Shown here: piece by piece, positions 12,242-23,908 of the stretch
Position numbering within the stretch: the first letter of the stretch is position 1
How the letters are laid out: every line of letters starts with the position of its first letter
Source: Trichinella spiralis
Taxonomy: Eukaryota
DNA: 64,000 nt
Assembly (NCBI RefSeq): GCF_000181795.1
Contig: NW_003526943.1
Span: forward strand, 7,864,672 to 7,928,671
Reading direction: 5' to 3'
Program-made: the position numbers and the translations under genes
The notes under the pieces: model-generated
Database searches by the model: none
Told to the model about the DNA's origin: nothing
What the model saw: the letters and a program-made list of their open reading frames with translations, nothing else

Positions 12242-12717
12242 CATGCAAACAATGCATGTAACTCTACATGTAAATATACGCAGTCTGTGAATAATGAAGC
12301 AATAATGACATGAACTAAATTTTAAATTAATAATGCAAAAAATGATTCTATTTTGAACTAAATACTGCCAATGTACTATACAAGGGTCATAATTTGCTTT
12401 ATTTTTATCCATTTTGCTGTTCTTGGCTACAAAATAAATGTTCATAAAAGTTGATGGTTTTAGATGAGGTTTTATAATATTTTATTGTTTCCATAAAAGT
12501 GCCTTATTTTTAATATAAATAATTATTCTTCAAATTTTAGCACAGATTTTGTAAAACATATTACATTATTAGGAAACAAAATTTCAAATAACCACAGAAG
12601 TTTAACCTTTAGCTTTTGCATTTTTCCAACCTGTTGTGATCCTTTATTTTCTTCATACTTATTTTGTACATTATTAATATTCCCACCGCCAAACATTGTG
12701 AGTCTACTAAAGCAATT

Positions 12718-12790
12718 TGTCCTCGCCTGGGCTCGAACCAGGGACCTTCTGCGTGTTAAGCAGATGTGATGACCACTACACCACGAGGAC
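12718..12790 (-). tRNA. tRNA-Val(AAC)
   Basis: GTCCTCGTGGTGTAGTGGTCATCACATCTGC-TTAACAC-GCAGAAGGTCCCTGGTTCGAGCCCAGGCGAGGACA, 73-nt cloverleaf. Confidence 0.95.
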
Positions 12791-14668
12791 ATTCCGATGT
12801 CATTACTTATATGTATAAAATGTGTGTTACACTATTTGGATTTATAAATTTATTAGTTTCATAATAAATTAATTTCATGCTCACCTAAATCTACTACACG
12901 ACATAACTAACATTCATTTATAACAACAAATTAAATAGATGAATGTAAAGATTAAAAAACAATAGTTTTCAAATAATAATCACTCAAAAAACAGCAGTTA
13001 TTGTGTTACAAAAAAAGAAATTAGCATTGTGCTTAGCCTTGAAAAACATTGCAGCAAAACAATTCCTGATAAAAAATCTGAGCAGATGTCATTTTTTGTT
13101 ATATTTCATTACACAACGGATAAGTTTATTTGACGTTTCAAGCAAATAAAACATGTCATGGTCAGTTTGGATGTGCTGCGCCCTGGATGTTTTGGAACAG
13201 ATATTTTAATATTTACCTGCCATTGTAAAAATTGTACAATTTAATATTCTATACAGCATAATGAATAGTAAATTAGCTTTTGAAAATAGTCATGCTTTTC
13301 ATAAATGTCAGCACATGGTTTCATTTCAAGAGCTGGATTGACAAGTCGTTGGTGAAAGGTCCAATTCTCAATGAATTGTTGAATAATGCATTTTTATTTG
13401 GTTTTGAAATTATTATTTAAAAACTCTATTAAACATTTTATTATACTAATCAACAGAGTTAATTCAATGCTTATAATTCTGAAGATAGTTCATAAAGATT
13501 AAAAGAAGTTATTAAAAAAATTAGCTTACTGCTACTAATTGGTTATTAAACAGAGATTTAACACTTTCTTATTCAATGGATGAATTCTTTACTAGAATAA
13601 TATACTAAAAGTCCCTATTGGACAAAAGTATTTGACAGAAGAAAATAAAATTTAAAAATAATTGTGAAATAAAGTTGTTAAAATGAAAAATAAGTTACAA
13701 AGCAGTATATACATGTATTTATTCATTTAAAATGAAACAATAAAATTGTTGCTATTGATAAAAAGCTTTTCCATAAAATAATATGTTTAGAGAGGGAAAT
13801 ATTTTTAATAATAATAAAGATAAAAGTTATTCAAATTAAAAATACAAAAAGCTTTCAAACTTAAGAAATAATTTTATAATTTATATAATTAGACATAAAA
13901 ATATTTAATTCAGTTACATGCTAAAAATGGAGAATTATTTGCATCAAATTTTCAAGAACGTTCACAGTTGCTGCTGCAATTATATAAAATGCATTTCTGA
14001 TTAGAATGCATATTATATATATATATAGAATGCATATATATGCAATCAATAATCCTAAATATAAGTATAAAAGTTATTTTTAAATTGAATAACTTTTATT
14101 CTGATTTCCTAATTCAGTTTTTCCAGTATTAATTGCTTTTTAATCAATAAAACACCAAAGGTAATTATAATTTATTCACTTAAAAATTATTATTTGAAAA
14201 ACTTGGAAGAAATTTCATTCCAGTTTATTGAAAATTTCTTTGTAACAGTTGAAAAAACAAACTTTTAATAGCTATTAATTATTATTTAATAATAACGCGT
14301 AACTGTGTCGAACAACAGAAGCTGTCGCTTATTCATACTTATCGTAAAATAATGTATCCAACAAACGTACATGAAAGATTGTCCGATTACTTAAAGTTAA
14401 TATTTATCCAAATTTTCTCGCTGTCACTTCGTTTAAAAAAATAAATAAAATAAATAAACACTGATTATATAAAACACCAAAATTTTATTTTGCATTGTCA
14501 AAATTACAAAATCAAAAAATCAAAAGCATTGCATTTTCATTCATTGAAGTATATCATCTGTTATTATTCAGATAAATAAGGAAAATTCTTTCTTCACAGA
14601 AAATATTGCATATTCCAATTTCACCTGCTTTTCCTTGTCTGTTTTGCCAGTTTTTGTTACTTGCTTTC

Positions 14669-15290
14669 TCAACTTTCAAAGCCACAATTGCAACAGCGAT
14701 AAGAAATTGATGGAGGCAAGCAAAACAAATATAATAAGCCAATCGGGAAAAAACAGATTACACCCAGGAATATGAAAATAGTCAACGCTGTATTGCTAAC
14801 TTCCGAAAGCGTTCCAATCTAAATTAAGCATTGAAAAATCAATTATAAAGATAATTACAATTATTAAATTAAATACCTGGCATCTTGGACATAAACGTGC
14901 AACAATCGCAGTTTCGACAGGAACTGCTGAAAAACAAAAAATTTCTTTACTGTAAATAAGATAAAAAATTTGTTCTCCCATAGTAATAGTTGTAGAAAAT
15001 TAAATAAAATAAATATTTTCAATATCAAACAAAATTAAGTACAACCAATGAAAATTATGAAGGCTTACAAAACACAGCATAATGTTTTGCCTAAAAAGTT
15101 AATTAACAGTAGTATAATATTAAGATTTTCAGTATCACACACCGGTTATGTTCGTCACTGGTACGTAAAACGTTTGGCCGGACGGCTGACTTGGTGGTGG
15201 ATAATACTGCTGGCCAGTAGCCGCTTGATAGGATGGAGGAGGTGGCCAAAATCCAGGTTGAGATCCTGCTACATTTCCCTCCGTGGGATT
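14669..15290 (-). CDS. BRI3: Brain protein I3 (BRI3)-like small membrane protein; at least 3 exons, start exon not resolved
   Basis: Spliced translation NPTEGNVAGSQPGFWPPPPSYQAATGQQYYPPP..|AVPVETAIVARLCPRCQ|IGTLSEVSNTALTIFIFLGVICFFPIGLLYLFCLPPSISYRCCNCGFES* shows a PPxY-rich N-terminus followed by CPxC, a hydrophobic stretch, FP.G and RCxNCG. The gene is missed by the ORF track because of its introns. Confidence 0.8.
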
Positions 15291-16984
15291 CTAATAAAAT
15301 GCAACCAAAACAAAATTGATGTTTTACAATGGTAAACTCAAAAATTTTAATGTGTTTTCTCTATATCAAAGTGTATTTCAATATGAAAATAAAAGTAATT
15401 GTTAATTTATTATTCTGTTTGATTATAAATACAAACACAGCACAACATAACCTAATGTATGAGCAATATATACTAACCTATGATTCATACACGTTGTGAA
15501 TTAAATTTCAGTATAACGGTCCTTTCTTGTTAATGAATCAGATGAAAAATACAAAATCTGATATACTTTAAATAATTTTAAAATGCCAATAAATTGAATT
15601 TACAAGCGATCTGCTAAAAATGAAGTAAAAAAGTAACTCAACGTTAATGTCATCATCCTTACTTATCCAAAACTGTATTATCATACTGTATATCATTGTT
15701 TTTCTTTCATATTTTTTAATCTGAACAGTAAGCTATATAAAATACCACGCTTGCTGTATTTTACGAAGAAAAAAACAGTCTTTTGTGATAAACACTAAAA
15801 CAAATCAAACACTGTGATGTGAGATAAAAATCTGGGGGCGGTCTGTAGCAAGTGTATGAACTAAGTAAATGAAAATACTACGTAAGCTATGAAATGAATC
15901 AATGAAAAATATCAAAAGATCATTAAGCATAAATGCAAAAATGTACTTTTTAAGGAATATTACCAAAACCTCGTTCTAATTTTTGAACATTTAATTACTA
16001 ATGTCAAAAGATGTATTGCTGATTTATTGCATTACAAGAACTACTACAATGGTTAAACGATTACTCATTATATGCAGGGGGAGAGAACTAATCAAACGAA
16101 ATGAGTGGCAACAACATTCATATTACTAAATAAAAGTTGCGACAAAAGATTCTAATTTACAATAAATTCAAAATGGATTAAATATTCAATTCACGCTATA
16201 TTAAATAAAAGAAAAAAGGGATCTTCGTTTTTTCACTGTCAGACGTACGAATCATAACGAAATGGAAACATTTGCATACACTGAATGTACGCGTGAAGTA
16301 AAAGCACACAAACACTGTGTAAATGGTTATTATTACATTAAAAAACAAAATATTTAAAACAAAGACGTCTAAATATTTCAGGTAAGCTATATTATGAACT
16401 CTTATTAATTAAATAATCAATTTAAAATCAATTTTTTACCGCTTTGCTCATGAAGATGTATATAAAACAGTATTTGAAAAATTCCAAAAGCGTTTATTGA
16501 AGCTGATAAACCAAGACAAACAGCGAACTGAAAACTAACAAGCAACACTCGGCTAGCAACCGTCGTCGACAAAACAGGTTAATTCAGCATACTGTGATCA
16601 ATCAATACTACCGTGATGGCTGTCAAGTATATGACGTCACTTTTCATTTATTTTTTATCATGTTGATATTATTTTAAAATAAAATCATAAATTTCTAATC
16701 AGTTTCAGAATATAAACAAAAATGCAAAAAGAGAAGCATTTTAACGTCAAAGAAATAAAACTTCACTTCATGAAAGTGTCAAAGGCTTATTATTTAATAA
16801 GAAAATTACTTTTTACGTTAATAATTTGTAATTTAACTTGATACCATTTGTTTTGCTGAGCAAAATAATGCACGCTGATTTTATGACGAAGTCAGAATAA
16901 ATATTTCCACGTTTCTACTGAAATATTGTTGGAAATTTTTGATTTATAAAAGTAAAGTACATACTTTGGAATATCCTGAGTTTT

Positions 16985-17092
16985 TTGCCCGTTTGCCGTA
17001 TATCTCAATTTGTACGCCCTGCCTCCATACACAAGGGACATATCACCAAAACGATTTGTTACAAGACGTAACTCAGGAATATCAGCCATCAC
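16985..17092 (-). mobile_element. FLYWCH zinc-finger / MULE-type transposase N-terminal relic
   Basis: MADIPELRLVTNRFGDMSLVYGGRAYKLRYT resembles the start of a FLYWCH domain (..N..G...LV..G..Y). It is truncated before the W-R-C motif. Confidence 0.55.
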
Positions 17093-18543
17093 GAAAATTA
17101 GCAACATTAGGAAATCTTTCTTCTATCTGAGAATTTAAATATTGTTCAAAAGAAATGTCAACCAACAGCTGCTTTTACTCGTCAGATAAATTACTTGCTT
17201 AGCTGACAAGCAACAAGCTAAATGAGATTTATGCCTAAGGTACTTTTCTGCTTGTCGGATATTGTTCTACAAAGCAGCAACAAACTATTCAAGAACGAAG
17301 GGAAAATCTACAAGCAATAAATTGTCCACAGCTGCAGTTTCCAGCTAAAACTAGCAGTGGTGACTGCTGAATTTTCGCATCGAAATATACCTCTGATTTC
17401 AGTTCAACTCTTCTCTGAACATGTATCCAGTTTGGAATAAAATTTTTTTATCTTTGCAATGTTTCTTTTTCGACAGAGTTATTGCTTTTCTTCTCATGTT
17501 TTATTTAAATAAAAAAATAAAAATCTGGAAATTTGTTTACAAATAAACACGGGTTTTAATAATTTTGTGTAAATTGTATTAAATTCATTTTTCAGTATTT
17601 TAAGTAAAATGACAATGAGTTCATTTGGGAAAGCGTCCACAAGGCTGTTGAAACTTCAGACCAGTGTTACTACTGAGATATTTTTAATTTCTGCTTGGAA
17701 CATTTCTATGATATGATGGTGTTCAGAAATTAATAATTTCACCTTCTGATGATTAAAATGGGATGGATTTTGATCTGACTTGCGGTATTGTCTTCATTTT
17801 TTATTTGAACGTTGTCCAGCACATCTGATGTACTCATTAGCTTTATGGAAAAATTGACTTCACGCCCAGTTTAAGCCGCGCCAAATTTTAGCATATCTTT
17901 TAAACTTCATTTGGCTACCATAACAATAAAGCATACAGAAATTTTTTTAAATCACATTACAAATAATAATCATTAAAAGTGCAAAGTGGGAAAGTAAATA
18001 TTTAAAGGAAAACACAGCTAAAAGCAATACAAAAATTCCACTGTCAAATTGGTGACACCGTGATCAAACAATAAAAGAGATCAAATGTTATACGCAATGA
18101 ATTATTTTGTAATTAAAAATTTGGACCAATGAAATAAAAAATAATTGTAGTTAATCAAAGCAGAACCATTTTGATCAATGAAAAGTTTAAACGAGAGAAT
18201 AAATGCTATTACGCCATAACTATGCAATGGGAAGCTATTCAATGACAAGTCGATTTTTTGCCAACCAATGGAAAATTAACTCTGAAAATTTTACTGATAG
18301 AGACTACACCAATAAAAAAATATTTGAAAAATACAATTGTCAAATTTTATAAATTATTTGCCATTGAACTGAAAAATAAAGGTGATAAAATTTAATATTC
18401 ACAAAAATTAAAAGAAACACGAGGAAATGTAATAAATATAGTTAATAAAATTGAAAATGTAAAATTTTATAAATAATTCAATAATATTTCGTAGTAAATA
18501 TGCATTGCGTAATTTTATTAGGAATTGAAAGATATTAACCATT

Positions 18544-18713
18544 GGGCAGCGTGTAGCACGGTGGTAAGCCATATAGCTTGACGTGCTGAACTCACAGGGT
18601 TCGATTCTCGCTGTCCCATGAAAATATCAAATATGATACTAATACATGTAGCACGGTGGTAAGCCATATAGCTTGACGTGCTGAACTCATAGAGTTCGAT
18701 TCTCCCTGCCTCA
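18544..18713 (+). ncRNA. Structured A-box/B-box (tRNA-derived SINE-head-like) unit: full copy 18544-18618 plus 5'-truncated tandem copy 18647-18713
   Basis: GGGCAGCGTG-TAGCACGGTGG (A box)-TAAGCCATATAGCTTGACGTGCTGAACTCAYAG-GGTTCGATTC (B box)-TCGCTGYCCCA; tandem period 95 bp. Confidence 0.6.
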
Positions 18714-19419
18714 TGAAAATATGAAATGCAATCCTAATGCATGCTGCTCTACAGATCCATCAGGTTCCTATCCCGAACCTACTGAGATGTATGGAATTTA
18801 TACCATCAGTCGATTCCTGAATCTCTTTTACAACGTACTCTGTTCTACAGCTGCTACGTGCTTAATAGCTTAGCCTCGACGAGCGCAGAGTCAACGGCGC
18901 GCGTCCATCTAGCAGACAGCGCTCTTTCGCCGCATACAATATTTTATTCCTTATAATAAAAAACATTTTAAATATTCACATAAACAGCTTTATCCAGCAG
19001 CTGCACTACCAATAGCGCAACAAGCATTGGTAGATGGGTTTTCAGTTGAATGTAACAGAAATAAATTTAGCAAAATCGAACGTCTATATAGAGAGAATAA
19101 ATGTATCACATCTCGGTCAGGAAATTAGATGACTGAAAGTTTCGAATCACTTTTCATTAACTGTTGATTGTTAAAATATATTATTTTGTTAAAATGTTAT
19201 AAAATGTATTAAATGATTGTTAAAATATATTATATTAATCAAAATATTGCTTATCATTTTCAGCTTTTTGAAAAATTTTTTACAGCTTGTCGAAACTAAA
19301 AATGAAATATTTTTGAATGATAAAATTTCCTTAAGAAGAGAAAACAAAATGATACAAACTGCTAAAAAGAAATAACATGAGCAAATGCCTGAAACGTTCA
19401 CACTGAAAGAGAATATTTA

Positions 19420-20002
19420 GAACAGCGTTATGAGGCTGCATAGGTTGTAACGGTCTCAGATGGTCTTTTCAGACTATGTATTTATTTGGATTTTGGGATC
19501 TGGTGTTATGACCCCAACTACGAAATGCCTGTTTGTCGTCTTTTATGTCAATGAATTGTTATGTAACTGAACTTGCACTTTTAAGCTTCCATACCTTTAT
19601 TATAATAATAACAACTTTTGATACAGACATGTTGATGAATTTGAAATGATCTCTATGTGGAGGTGGTTGGCTTGTCATAACACTTGCGACACATTTTGTA
19701 GACGTGCTCTGTGCAGCACGGCACCTAGCATAATTCACATTTTTTTATCTTTCTTTGGTCGATTTATCACAATGAGGTGTCAGTATGAGCCCCTAAGCGC
19801 CTCTAATAACCTTTTTCATATGCTCGAACAAACTTCAATATATAAATATTCCACTTTTCGATTCAGAGTGTTTTCTAAACGATTTCTACCACATTCTAAC
19901 AGAAATAGCCTTCTTTGAGACAATAAGAATCCCCGAATTTTTTGGTATGTAGCTCACTAGTGTAAGTTATCTGTAAAAATTGGAAATGAAATCACCCTGG
20001 CA
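19420..20002 (-). mobile_element. Highly degraded piggyBac-like transposase 3' relic (copies at ~29200-29800 and ~36025-36620)
   Basis: Broken frames give LPG*F.FQFLQI.., SQRRLFLLECG and a Cys-rich tail (ARC....YKMCRKCYDKP), reminiscent of the PGBD C-terminus. No TTAA-flanked TIR was identified. Confidence 0.35.
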
Positions 20003-20657
20003 AAAAGCAGATAGAAACAATTTATCTACTGAATCTCAAACATGCAAAGGAGAACGATCATTTTGCAGATATCCTTCCAGCAGTACTGCTTTACTTGCCT
20101 TTCGCTGATTCTTCTGGCAGTACTTGTTACTGCTTTTACATTAAATTCTGCCAAACGGGAAGTATTTCTCCTGCCAACAATATTTAACTTCAATTCCAGG
20201 AATTATCACAGGCTCTAACCGCTGTTTATACAGTCTAAATTGCCTATATTAACAATAGAATCAAATGTTACTTTGACATCGGTCATCCCATTGTTATGCT
20301 TCTTCCATACAGCTGGGATGGTAAATATTTGCTAAATGTAAAGTGAACATTTTCGACTAATGATTAAAAAATAACTGTCACAATAAACATTCTATTTTTA
20401 ACAAGTCCAGTTAACATGATAAAAAAATGATAAAAAACATTTAAAAAATAAAATTGTCAAATTTTATAAAATATTTGCTGTTGAATTAAAAATAAAAATG
20501 ATAAAATTTAATATTCACAAAAATTAAAAAGAACATAAGAGCAATGCAAAAAAATATAATAGTAAAATTGGATATGTAAAATTTTATAAATAATGCAATG
20601 TTTCGTAGTAAATATGCATTGCGTAATTATATTAGGAATTGAAAGATATTAACCGTC

Positions 20658-20827
20658 GGGCAGCGTGTAGCACGGTGGTAAGCCATACAGCTTGACGTGC
20701 TGAACTCATAGGGTTCGATTCTCGCTTCCCCATGAAAATATCAAATATGATCCTAATGCATGTAGCACGGTGGTAAGCTATATAGCTTGACGTGCTGAAC
20801 TCATAGGGTTTGATTCTCGCTGCCTCA
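20658..20827 (+). ncRNA. Same A/B-box unit: full copy 20658-20732 plus truncated tandem copy 20761-20827
   Basis: Near-identical to 18544-18713, with the same 95-bp period. Confidence 0.6.
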
Positions 20828-21768
20828 TGAAAATATCATGATATAATCGTAATGTGCGTTGCTCTACATCAGCATATTGGTCGCCACGTTTATGTAGTCG
20901 AAAGTCATGCAGTCTAACGTGCAATCCAAAGGGGAATCAGAAGCTCATCTAGAACCGGAGCACCCCTCCAAACATTTTGTTCCAGAATGCTTACAGTGTG
21001 CGAAGGATACCTCCTTTTCACCAAAAGATTAAATAAGAATTCCTCTAAATGAGCATTCAAAAAAGAGACCATATTAGCATTCATACAAATTTTTCAATTG
21101 CACTGGCAATTAATAATGTGAACCTTAACAACTGGTCGCATATGCAGCTCTGCCCTGCAGTTATAATTTTTTACAGTATTTCTTGTTTGTAGGTATTGTG
21201 TTTGTTAAATCTGTTAAAAATTTTGTTTTCATTTTGGTCAAATTTTTTTATCCAATTTTATTTATTCTATAAATATTTATCTACAATTGTTCTTTTGCTA
21301 AATAATTATTTGCTATTTTTGTTTTCTAGTGTGTTTTCTAATTGCTTTAAATGTAATTTCAGTTGCTCTGCTCAGCGATCAGTTGTCTGATTAATTCACA
21401 TAATCGAATACAGTATCGCCCTTATTCATAGTATATTGCTGTAGATCACATAAACTTACATCTGTGAATTAAACGAGAAAGAACAGACATGGTAAAAAAT
21501 TCCATTTAAACAAATATCATTAAAATTTAATGCTAGAAATAAAATACTGTTAATAAATATTATGAATTATTATTTTCAAATAATTGTAGTCTACAGATTA
21601 CAATAAAATGATTTCAGAAAAAATTAGTGATATTTTATTTATTCATAATTTTATTAAATGAACATATAAAATAAATATCAATTTCACAAATTTAAGCTTA
21701 CGCATTAAACGTCAAAGTAATAACAAGTTAAAATGAATTACAATACAGAATAATACGAGTAGGAATAA

Positions 21769-22047
21769 TCATTCTTTGTCGGCAGTTTTATTTCCAGTAT
21801 GATCTGGATGTTGATTGCAGCTAAGTTTAACAAGCTTTTCATACAATTTTTCAGCTCCACGACAGCTTTGCATAAAGAGCCAAAGGAAAAAAGTTAATTT
21901 TAGCAACCAATAAAATGAGAAAATGTCGCCAATAAAGTGAGCAAAAAAATCACCAATGGTAAACAAACCAAAAGTAACCCAATAAAGCATCCATTGATTA
22001 AAATTGATTTTTTCTTCGACTTCGATCTCCATAATCGTTTTCATTGC
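21769..22047 (-). CDS. TB2/DP1/HVA22 (REEP/Yop1) domain 3' exon; upstream exons not found
   Basis: After a TTTTCAG acceptor: AMKTIMEIE....FNQWMLYWVTFGLFTIGDFF..FIGDIFSFYWLLKLTFFLWL..Q...GAEKLYEKLV, the REEP 'QW..YW..F....P/SFY.L.K..F..WL....GA..LY' signature. Confidence 0.7.
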   Translation of the reverse strand, partial: AMKTIMEIEVEEKINFNQWMLYWVTFGLFTIGDFFAHFIGDIFSFYWLLKLTFFLWLFMQSCRGAEKLYEKLVKLSCNQHPDHTGNKTADKE

Positions 22048-22230
22048 TGAAAATCCGTTAAAAATAAAAATGATAAAATTTAATATTCGCAAAAATTAAA
22101 AAGAACATGAGAGCAATGCAAAAAAATATAAATAATAAAGTTGGAAATGAAAAAATTTACAAATAATGTAATGTTTCGTAGTAAATATGCATTGCGTAAT
22201 TTTATTAGGAATTGAAAGATATTAACCATT

Positions 22231-22572
22231 GGGCAGCGTGTAGCACGGTGGTAAGCCATATAGCTTGACGTGCTGAACTCATAGAGTTCGATTCTCCCTG
22301 CCTCATGAAAATATCATGATATAAACGCAATGCGTGCTGCTCTACATCAACGCATTGGTCGGCACGTTTATGTAGTCGAAAGTCATGCAGTCTAACGTGC
22401 ATATCAAAGCGGAATCAGAAGCTTTTTCACAACCGGAGCACCACTCTAACCATTTTATTCCAGAATGCTTACAGTGTGCGAAGCGATATTTATCGTTGGG
22501 CAGCGTGTAGCACGGTGGTAAGCCATATAGCTTGACGTGCTGAAGTCATAGGGTTCGATTCTCGCTTCCCCA
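22231..22572 (+). ncRNA. Two further full A/B-box units (22231-22305, 22498-22572)
   Basis: Near-identical 75-nt units, each followed by a different downstream body. Confidence 0.6.
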
Positions 22573-22904
22573 TGAAAATATCAAATATGATCCTAATGCA
22601 TGCTGCTCTATCCTGTTGTGCGTGTTCGCCTCATTTGTTTGAATAGGTCTTAGACATCGGTTTAGTACCCAGTTTCTCCCCCATGAAAATACCCGGGCAG
22701 CCGATACGGAAAAGGAGGATAAGAAGTAATTTCTCAAAACCTGTAATGATAATGTCTCTCAATGTGCATTCAAAAAACTGGACCATTTCAATATTCACAT
22801 AAAATCCTTGAACTAGCACTAGCAATTAATGTAAATCCTAAGAACTGGTCATTTTGTTAATGACCACTTTTTTCTTCAATTTGCCAAAAATCTTTCCAAC
22901 AAAT

Positions 22905-23740
22905 GAGTCTTGATTGCTAATTGCATTGGTGATATCCACTCAAATATTTCGAATAATTTCTGTTATTTTGAAACAATGTATGCAACGAACAACTGTTCAC
23001 TTTAAGCACATTCAACAAAGTAATTATCACATTCCTATGTAAGTATTCTTTCTTAAAATGATCAACACATATTTTTATTGTAAAAACAGTTTAAAAAATT
23101 CAAATAATTATAATATAACGTCATAATATATTTTCTTCTATTACAAAAAGAAATTGAAATTAAATAGATTACTACAGAAATTCATCCATACAACTCAAGC
23201 ATATGGTACCACATTTTTTATGTAGGTATTGTTCAAAAAGTTATTCCTTTTATTGTTTATTTTTTCATGTTCAACAGAAATTAACTTGGAGAAATGGTAA
23301 CTTGGTATGGTAAGAAACTTGGAGAAAATTTTCAAACTACCTTTGATAACGTCTGCAATGCATCAATATGCAATTATAAAGTTATAAACTCGTATAAACA
23401 GCAAGCATCATTCTTGAGGCTTCATCTTGCGTTGCAATGACTAGCGGCTAGTTGACAATCATTGCGGTTCAACAGCTATTGCAAAATTTGCATCTATTCA
23501 ATGGGCAGATATTGTTTTAAATGTGCCAACTCGCAAAAACTGATGCAATGCATTTTCCAAAACTTCCAAATTATGGATTATTCTACAGAAAAAACAACTA
23601 GCATTCATTCAATAGTCTGAGGAGGATGGTTCATCATTTGACAATTCAAATTTCAGACACTGAAATAATTCATATAGCTCAGCTGAACGATTAACCTGCC
23701 AAGACTCGATAATCACAACAAGAACTATAACAGTAAAGTA
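22905..23740 (+). repeat. ~0.84 kb block directly repeated at ~29853-30692
   Basis: Shared from GTCTTGATTGCTAATTGCATTGG to AACTATAACAGTAAAGTAT; the second copy abuts the truncated hAT transposase end. Confidence 0.9.
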
Positions 23741-23908
23741 TGGTAACCCATGGACAAGTCACTGCGTGCTTTCTATATTTTGCAGGGTCCACCTTTTAGT
23801 TACGTTCGTGAGAAAAAATATTTATTTCACTTATTTTACAGGCTCTAGCATATTAACTTTGTTTAATGTTAGCGTAGAAGAGGACAAATGATCAGTGTAA
23901 TAGTAAGA

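Larger units (their letters stand above)
18094..22312 (+). repeat. Outer inverted repeat, left arm (~4.2 kb); partner ~33710-37904
   Basis: Collinear reverse-complement match from GCAATGAATTATTTTG (18094 / 37904) through the Pol III-type units and the REEP exon (21769-22092 / 33931-34254), with scattered substitutions and small indels. Confidence 0.95.

Noticed and set aside
17400..17930. Possible decayed paralog of the KH-like ORF
   Set aside because: Only vague short similarities in broken frames; not convincing by eye.
18544..22572. A/B-box units as functional tRNA-Val(GAC) genes
   Set aside because: The D and T stems and a canonical acceptor stem do not pair in cloverleaf register, and eukaryotes normally use Val(AAC), which is present at 12718.
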